A stretch of DNA of 64,000 nucleotides from Patescibacteria group bacterium (GTDB lineage Bacteria > Patescibacteriota > Microgenomatia > UBA12405). Within the stretch, counting starts at the first letter, position 1; every line of letters begins with the position of its first letter. This document shows positions 58,101 to 64,000 of this stretch, piece by piece. The translations under genes and the position numbers were made by a program. The stretch covers positions 12,124-76,123 of the forward strand of contig JAHIPV010000001.1 in assembly GCA_018902845.1 (NCBI GenBank). Direction: 5' to 3'. The notes beneath the pieces are model-generated. The model saw nothing but the letters and a program-made list of their open reading frames with translations. It had not been told where the DNA came from and did not search any database.

Positions 58101-58780
58101 TCTTTCTTTTCTTCTTTTTCCTCTTCTACCTCTTCTTCTCCCTCTTTCTTCTCGCCTTCCTCGCCTTCAGTCTCGGTGGGTTCACCTTTTACTGCCTCTT
58201 CAACCGCTTCAATTACTTCTTTCTTAGCTTCCTCAACTTTAACAATGGCTTGATCCTTACTGGTTTTTATCTCTACTTTTGAATCAGTGGTTGGCAAATC
58301 GGATACGGTCAAAACATCGCCAATTTCCTTCAATCCGGAAATATCAATTTCCATTTTTTCAGGTAAATCAGCCGGTAACGCCTCAACTTCAATCGAATCA
58401 GATATTGGCACCAATACGGCTCCCAATTTTACAGCCTCTGATTCACCAATAAGCACCACAGGTATCTCGGCTACAATCTTTTGGCTCAAATCAACTTTGT
58501 GTAAATCAATATGAATCAAGATATCACTGACTGGATGATATTGCGGATTTTTAAACAATACTGGAATATTCTCGTCTCCAAGTTTTAAGTCAAACAAACC
58601 CGCAGTTCCGATATCAGAAAACAATTTTTCTACATCTGTTTGTAAAAATTTAATAGATACTGACTCAAAACCTTTTCCATAAACACTGGCGGGCAGATAA
58701 CCATCTTTTCTTAATCGTTTTACTTTTCTTCCCAGAATCTTTCTAACTTCGGCTTTTAAACTTGGTCTTTTAATTGTCAT
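58097..58780 (-). CDS. rplY: 50S ribosomal protein bL25 (CTC form)
   Basis: LR..G.LPASVYG, Q.HPV...HID, acidic tail; start MTIKR. Confidence 0.92.
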   Translation of the reverse strand: MTIKRPSLKAEVRKILGRKVKRLRKDGYLPASVYGKGFESVSIKFLQTDVEKLFSDIGTAGLFDLKLGDENIPVLFKNPQYHPVSDILIHIDLHKVDLSQKIVAEIPVVLIGESEAVKLGAVLVPISDSIEVEALPADLPEKMEIDISGLKEIGDVLTVSDLPTTDSKVEIKTSKDQAIVKVEEAKKEVIEAVEEAVKGEPTETEGEEGEKKEGEEEVEEEKEEKKD

Positions 58781-58866
58781 TTTTTTTGTTAAGCAGTTAT
58801 GCATAAACAATTAACTTATCTTGCATACTAACACAAAAACCACCACACAACAATAAACTTTTATTT

Positions 58867-59124
58867 TTAATACACTTCTTCGTGTTTTCCAATTCTTAAC
58901 AAAAAAATTTTCTTTCTCCAAAAATGAATAATGATTTTAATGGACATGTCAACAGAAACAGAATAATTTTTGGAACCGCTTAATTTATGTAATCTTAACG
59001 ATGGGTAATTCAAGTCATTTTTCATCAATTTCACACATTTATTTATCCTCTTATTATATTTTGGATTCTTTTTCAGTAGTTTTTTTAACTCTCTGTCGAA
59101 CTTTTCACTTACAAACAATTTCAT
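58867..59124 (-). CDS. RelE-family toxin
   Basis: YPSLRLHKLSG, IG.HEEVY. Confidence 0.8.
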   Translation of the reverse strand: MKLFVSEKFDRELKKLLKKNPKYNKRINKCVKLMKNDLNYPSLRLHKLSGSKNYSVSVDMSIKIIIHFWRKKIFLLRIGKHEEVY

Positions 59125-59136
59125 AAGTTCCTATTC

Positions 59137-59379
59137 TTATTTTAACGAATCAAAATATTCGTCAATATCCTTATCACTCTCTAAAATCTTGCCTTTTTTC
59201 AATTTATACTCGCTTTTAGCTTCTTTAGCCCAAACATCATACTTTGATTCTGACAACAACTTTCTCAAAGCAGTTCTGACCAAATCGCTAAATGAGGCAT
59301 AAAAACCCTCATTTACAAGGTCTTTTGCTTGTACTTGTAGTTGTAATGGCAAAGAAATGTTTACAGTATTCATATACAA
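59137..59379 (-). CDS. Ribbon-helix-helix antitoxin
   Basis: VNISLP..G.YAS.SDLVRTALR. Confidence 0.8.
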   Translation of the reverse strand: MYMNTVNISLPLQLQVQAKDLVNEGFYASFSDLVRTALRKLLSESKYDVWAKEAKSEYKLKKGKILESDKDIDEYFDSLK

Positions 59380-59412
59380 ACATTATACAACAATTATACA
59401 ACAAATCAACAA

Positions 59413-59636
59413 CTTGGTGGTGCTCTTGCTAACCCAAAAGCGGGCTTGTCCACCATAGCTTTATGTGAAGGTGGAAGAATGTTTTAAGGTTATAAACCTT
59501 TTCCTTTTTTGTCGCTTTCGCCTTACTCGTCATCCTGAGCCTGTCGAAGGATCCCCTAGGAATTGAAAAACCGAAAAATAGTTATTTAAACTCATCAACC
59601 CGCGCTAGCGAGTTTTTTAGTACCCAAAGTCCCAAG
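59413..59636 (+). ncRNA. Candidate long-hairpin structured RNA (6S-like?) containing two palindromic elements
   Basis: Nested pairings CTTGG/CCAAG, GGTGCT/AGTACC, CTTGCTA/TAGCGAG, GCGGG/CCCGC; elements at 59445-59475 and 59529-59554. Confidence 0.35.
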
Positions 59637-59680
59637 CCCATCTGCCTAAACTTAAATGTTAAAATTTAAACAACAAAACT

Positions 59681-60715
59681 ATGAACAAATTAAACAATAA
59701 AAAAAAATCATCTATCTCGAATAAACCTCGTATTCTCACTGGCGACAGGCCTACCGGCCCCATGCACTTAGGCCATTACGTTGGCTCACTAAAAAATCGC
59801 GTCAAGTTACAAGATACTTACGACTGTTTTTTTATCATTGCTGATCTTCACATGTTAACCACTACTCTTAGTAAAGAAAAAACGTCAAAAATCAACCAGT
59901 TAAGCAGGGGATTAGTTCTTGATTATTTATCTGTTGGTATTGATCCGGAAAAATGTGTAATTTATCAGCAAAGCAAAGTTCCAGAAGTAGCCTATCTTTC
60001 CCTTCTTTTTTCTATGTTAGTCACAGTTCCCCGTTGTCAGCGTGTCCCCACTCTAAAAGATGTTATGCATGATTTGAAAATCAAAAAACCATCTCTTGGC
60101 CTTTTAACTTATCCGGTTTTGCAAGCCGCCGATATTCTTATGGTCAAAGGTAATCTGGTTCCGGTAGGCAAAGATCAAGAAAGCCATGTCGAAATCAGCA
60201 GAGAAATTGCCAAAGCTTTTAATAAAATGTATGGAGAAGTTTTTCCAGTCCCAAAAGCACTCATAGGCGATACCGGCACATTGATCGGCACCGATGGTCA
60301 AGCCAAAATGAGTAAATCAATCGGTAATTGTATTTATCTTTCCGACGATCAAGAAACTGTCAACCAAAAAGTCATGGGTATGTATACCGATCCTAACCGC
60401 ATTCACCCGACAGATCCAGGAAAGGCCATAGGCAATCCCGTTTTTATTTATCACGATGCTTTTAACACTAACAAAGGTGAAGTTGAGGATCTTAAAGATA
60501 GATACAAAAAAGGTAAAGTTGGCGATGTAGAAGTTAAGCAAAAATTAGCCAAGGCTATAAACAATTTTCTTGATCCAATCAGAAAAAAACGAGCCAAATA
60601 CGAAAGAAAAACAGATCTAATTAATCAGATTATCAAACAAGGTTCCCAAAAAGCCCGCCTGGAAGCACAACAAACCTTAAACCAAGTTCTCAAGACCATG
60701 GGAATTAAAAACTAA
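59681..60715 (+). CDS. trpS: Tryptophanyl-tRNA synthetase (bacterial type)
   Basis: [33 protein letters not shown]. Confidence 0.95.
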   Translation: MNKLNNKKKSSISNKPRILTGDRPTGPMHLGHYVGSLKNRVKLQDTYDCFFIIADLHMLTTTLSKEKTSKINQLSRGLVLDYLSVGIDPEKCVIYQQSKVPEVAYLSLLFSMLVTVPRCQRVPTLKDVMHDLKIKKPSLGLLTYPVLQAADILMVKGNLVPVGKDQESHVEISREIAKAFNKMYGEVFPVPKALIGDTGTLIGTDGQAKMSKSIGNCIYLSDDQETVNQKVMGMYTDPNRIHPTDPGKAIGNPVFIYHDAFNTNKGEVEDLKDRYKKGKVGDVEVKQKLAKAINNFLDPIRKKRAKYERKTDLINQIIKQGSQKARLEAQQTLNQVLKTMGIKN

Positions 60716-60833
60716 ACACATCTAAACAGACACCAAGAAATAAATTATTTAGAGACAAGATATTAAATTTTTTGTTATATTTTTAACAAAGAAAGGTCAA
60801 TCACTGTAAGGTGATTGGCGTGAAAAAATTAAG

Positions 60834-61826
60834 ATGAACAAAAATAAGCAAAAATCTCAAATTATTATTTACCAAACTGATGATGGAAAAACCCGGGTTG
60901 AGGTTCGTCTTGAGCATCAAAACGTCTGGTTGACGCAAAAACTTATCGCAAAACTGTTTAAGACAACAGTGGCGAATATTAATATTCATCTTAAAAACAT
61001 TTTCAAAACAGGAGAACTTCAACAAAATTCAGTTATTAAGGATTTCTTAATAACTGCCTCGGACGGAAAAAAATACAAGACTAAGATGTACGGGATAGAA
61101 GTTATCGTAGCTATTGGCTATCGGGTTAATTCGAAGCGTGGCACACTTTTCCGCCAATGGGCAACAGATCGTTTAAAGGAATATATGGTTAAGGGATTTG
61201 CGATGGATGATGTACGTTTGAAGCAGGGCGGTCATAAATCACGCTTTTTTGAGGAATTATTGGAACGTATCCGAGATATTCGATCAAGCGAGAGAATGTT
61301 ATACCAAAAAGTGACAGATATCTATGCAACCGGTATTGACTATCACAAAAATGCTAAAGAAACAGAACTTTTTTTTAAGACGGTTCAAAATAAGATACAT
61401 TTCGCAGTCAGCGGGAAAACTGCTACAGAATTAATCACAGAGCGTGCCGATAACAAAAAACCACTGATGGGACTTACAAATTTTTCAGGTCTTCGCCCAA
61501 TTCAGCGTGATATTTACATCGCGAAAAACTACTTGAACAAAAATGAGCTGAAGATGCTCAATCGTATTGTTGATGCATATTTATCGTTTGCTGAGATTCA
61601 AGCCAAAACTGAACATGCCATGACCATGAAAGATTGGATAAATAAACTTAATGAGTATTTGACCCTTTTGGGGAAAGGTGTTCTAGAAAATGCGGGTACG
61701 GTGCGAGCAAAAGAAGCTGAAGAAAAAGCTAACAGGGAATATAAAATATATAAAAAAGAACAAAATAAGAATTATATTTCCGACTTTGATAGAGTTGCTA
61801 AAAAGTATCTACGTGCCAGTAAATAA
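60834..61826 (+). CDS. RhuM family putative DNA-binding protein
   Basis: VWLTQ..IA.LF, HLKNIF, GYRVNS, FRQWAT, KGFAMDD, RIRDIRSSE. Confidence 0.88.
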   Translation: MNKNKQKSQIIIYQTDDGKTRVEVRLEHQNVWLTQKLIAKLFKTTVANINIHLKNIFKTGELQQNSVIKDFLITASDGKKYKTKMYGIEVIVAIGYRVNSKRGTLFRQWATDRLKEYMVKGFAMDDVRLKQGGHKSRFFEELLERIRDIRSSERMLYQKVTDIYATGIDYHKNAKETELFFKTVQNKIHFAVSGKTATELITERADNKKPLMGLTNFSGLRPIQRDIYIAKNYLNKNELKMLNRIVDAYLSFAEIQAKTEHAMTMKDWINKLNEYLTLLGKGVLENAGTVRAKEAEEKANREYKIYKKEQNKNYISDFDRVAKKYLRASK

Positions 61827-61839
61827 AATAAACCATAAT

Positions 61840-62010
61840 TAATTAAAAAACCGATCAAAAACAAGAATTTAAAGAAAAGTTTAGTAAGGAAGTAATGAAA
61901 TCGGCGGTTGCTTTTGCTAATTCTGATGGAGGAATTATTTTAATTGGCACTACTGATAATAAAAAATATTTACTAAATAAGCACTCGTGCCAAACTCGTG
62001 CCAAAAATGC
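61840..62010 (+). pseudogene. Remnant of a Schlafen/AlbA_2 domain gene
   Basis: Reads EFKEKFSKEVMKSAVAFANSDGGIILIGTTDNKK then stop; no start context. Confidence 0.7.
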
Positions 62011-62047
62011 TAAAATAAATTATGAACCAATATAAAATCGGAGTTTA

Positions 62048-62074
62048 GGATTGCCACACTTTTCTCGCGATGAC
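62048..62074 (-). repeat. GTCAT-family element
   Basis: Minus strand GTCATCGCGAG..GTGGCAATCC. Confidence 0.7.
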
Positions 62075-62148
62075 GGTGGAAATTTCCGGAGTGGATGTTT
62101 AACCCACTTTATTTTTTTGCTATATTTTTAACAAAATATTGCCTTCAT

Positions 62149-64000
62149 TCATTCCTGTTCTTCATCTCCAATCTCAATAAGTTCTCCAAAAACCCAACCT
62201 TCAACTTGCCCTGAGCCTGTCGAAGGATCAAGTTGGATTTTTACCCAGCCATCTTTTTCTTCTAAAGAAGGGAAACTTTGACCATCAGTCACCTTGGCTA
62301 AAACCTCTCCTTTCAAAGACGGCTCGCTTCTTACCACAACCCAACTTCCCTCATCGGCAGTAATCGTCGCCAGAGTTTCTCCGGCAACCGCGCCTTTGAC
62401 TTTTCCCTCTTCTTTTTCCGGAGTGTTGAAAGTATAGTAAGCATCATAAACATAGTTTTTGTTTTGGGACATGACTTCAAAATAATAAAGTTTTCCGGGT
62501 TCCAAATCTTTCAGCTCCATCCGGTGTTCCTTTACCCGTTTGTCGGATTGAATTTTTTTGCCGTATGAGGTGTTAAGACCGTAGTTAACCACTGAAGTAG
62601 CGTAGTGGTTGGTTCCCCAAACAACCATTGCTGAGGTTGAGTTAACCTCTTCTATTTTTACAAAAAGAATCTTGGTTGGTTCGTTGTCAAAGACAATGGC
62701 TATAAATGTGCTGGTGGCGATCCTTAAACGGGTGGCTAAATTCTGGGCTTCTTCCGAAGCCGGCTTGCGGATTGATTCTCTACCGGTTTGCCAGGCAGTT
62801 GCCAGCCTGGATGTTTGTTGGCTGATTGTTTTTACTCCTTCTCCAACATTAGAGGCTAAAGCCTTAACTCCGTCAGTCGTCTTGTTGATGGTATTTCCTA
62901 CTGTCCTATTAACAACCTCCGCTCCATTAGCCAGAGCTAAAAGTCCATCTCTAATTACCCCCGATGTTTTTTGGGTCAGATTAAAGTAGCCCCTGGCCAA
63001 AAACAGCTTTCGTTCTTCATTTTTTTGTTTTCTTGAGGCAAGGAACTGGTTGGTTGTTTTGCCAACCGCACCAGCCACAGCACTAACGCCATTCTTTATC
63101 TGATTGCCGACAAAAGCCAGTCCCTGGCCGATTTTTCCGGCTAAGAATTTAGCGCTATCAACTGTTTTCCACCAAAGATTGGCAATTCCGGTAAAAATTT
63201 TACCAATCGCTTCGGCAATTACGGATGGTTCTTGTAACTCTTCAGGGATAACAATACCCTGTTCTTTGATAACTTCTTCTATCTTTTCTCTGGGAATCCC
63301 TTCTTTTTCCAATTCTTCAATTACTTCTTCAACTTCAGGAATTTGAGCAATCTCTTCATAAGTTTTAATGGTTAAAGTAAAAGAAGAAGAACTACCTCCA
63401 TTACTTGCTTTATCTTTGCCGGTTAAAGTTATTCTGTAAACACCCAAAGGCAAGTCGGTTGTGGGCGTGTAGGAAAAGCTGGAATATTTATTACTGGTTT
63501 GTTTGCTGTTATCAGTGATTTTTGAACCATCACTACTCCAATAAAGTTCACTGATATTAACCGTCGCCAAAGTATGGAGGTTGTAAACTCCAAGATAATT
63601 TCTTTTTTCAAATTTAATTTCTACCTCTTTAGGTCCTGAAGCAACTTTCAAACCATCCCCTGTCAGCGAGTCGGTTGTTTTTCCATAAATAGTCGGTGTT
63701 TTATCAGTGGTAGCTAGGCTATCAGCAGAAGAAGTGTCATTTATTTGTGTTGCTTCAACGCTCGGCCCGTTTCTGTCAACAAACAAAGTTCTTGATTCTT
63801 CTTTCTCATTGCCGGCGTTATCCACCGCCTTGACTTTCCAATATCTTTTGCCCTCTTTTAATTTGCCATCATTATTTCCTGAATTGGAATCAGAACTCCA
63901 ATCGTTTGAAGATTTAGTGTAAACAGAAATATAATTGTTGGTGGTATCAGAATCACTAAAGTTTTCATAATGAATTAAATATTTACTGGTTTCATAATCG
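62149..64000 (-). CDS. Large surface protein, 3' part (Ig-like, FN3-like, C-terminal SH3b); partial
   Basis: Frame stays open to the window edge; D.AGN Ig motifs, W.T...VNYG..LEPGKLYYF, VRSEP..GWV; element-derived DPSTGSGQ at 62205-62229. Confidence 0.8.
   Translation of the reverse strand, partial: DYETSKYLIHYENFSDSDTTNNYISVYTKSSNDWSSDSNSGNNDGKLKEGKRYWKVKAVDNAGNEKEESRTLFVDRNGPSVEATQINDTSSADSLATTDKTPTIYGKTTDSLTGDGLKVASGPKEVEIKFEKRNYLGVYNLHTLATVNISELYWSSDGSKITDNSKQTSNKYSSFSYTPTTDLPLGVYRITLTGKDKASNGGSSSSFTLTIKTYEEIAQIPEVEEVIEELEKEGIPREKIEEVIKEQGIVIPEELQEPSVIAEAIGKIFTGIANLWWKTVDSAKFLAGKIGQGLAFVGNQIKNGVSAVAGAVGKTTNQFLASRKQKNEERKLFLARGYFNLTQKTSGVIRDGLLALANGAEVVNRTVGNTINKTTDGVKALASNVGEGVKTISQQTSRLATAWQTGRESIRKPASEEAQNLATRLRIATSTFIAIVFDNEPTKILFVKIEEVNSTSAMVVWGTNHYATSVVNYGLNTSYGKKIQSDKRVKEHRMELKDLEPGKLYYFEVMSQNKNYVYDAYYTFNTPEKEEGKVKGAVAGETLATITADEGSWVVVRSEPSLKGEVLAKVTDGQSFPSLEEKDGWVKIQLDPSTGSGQVEGWVFGELIEIGDEEQE

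Noticed and set aside
59400-59680. T-box riboswitch for trpS
   Set aside because: No convincing GGTGGNACC T-box; the GGTGG at about 59471 belongs to a palindromic element; a separate -10 box lies at about 59657

Overview
AT-rich, gene-dense chromosomal segment of a Candidate Phyla Radiation (Patescibacteria) bacterium, most likely Microgenomates. This is inferred from the 16S signatures, CPR-type pilins and gene set. It uses genetic code 11. The window holds glycolysis and pentose-phosphate genes (pyk, split transketolase, fba, rpe, gap, pgk, rpiB, archaeal-type tpiA), two class A PBPs and a glycosyltransferase cluster. It also carries xth, recF, uppS, smpB, comF, rnhA, tsaD, a tsaC-tsaE fusion, valS, rplY, trpS and six toxin-antitoxin pairs. 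RNA genes not in the ORF track: tRNA-Cys, tRNA-Tyr, a stand-alone 16S rRNA with a group I intron encoding a LAGLIDADG endonuclease, and a tmRNA. Most notable observations: (1) about 20 copies of several short palindromic or heptamer-repeat elements, many inserted in-frame into housekeeping genes and into RNA genes; (2) a tmRNA lacking the G3.U70 and A73 alanine identity elements, with a 41-codon tag; (3) an archaeal-type (C1-G72, no variable arm) tRNA-Tyr built on a tRNA-Cys scaffold; (4) perfect 11-5-11 palindromes at equivalent positions inside the Bro-N and RhuM genes; (5) a candidate long-hairpin ncRNA upstream of trpS. All calls come from reading motifs by eye; no searches were run.
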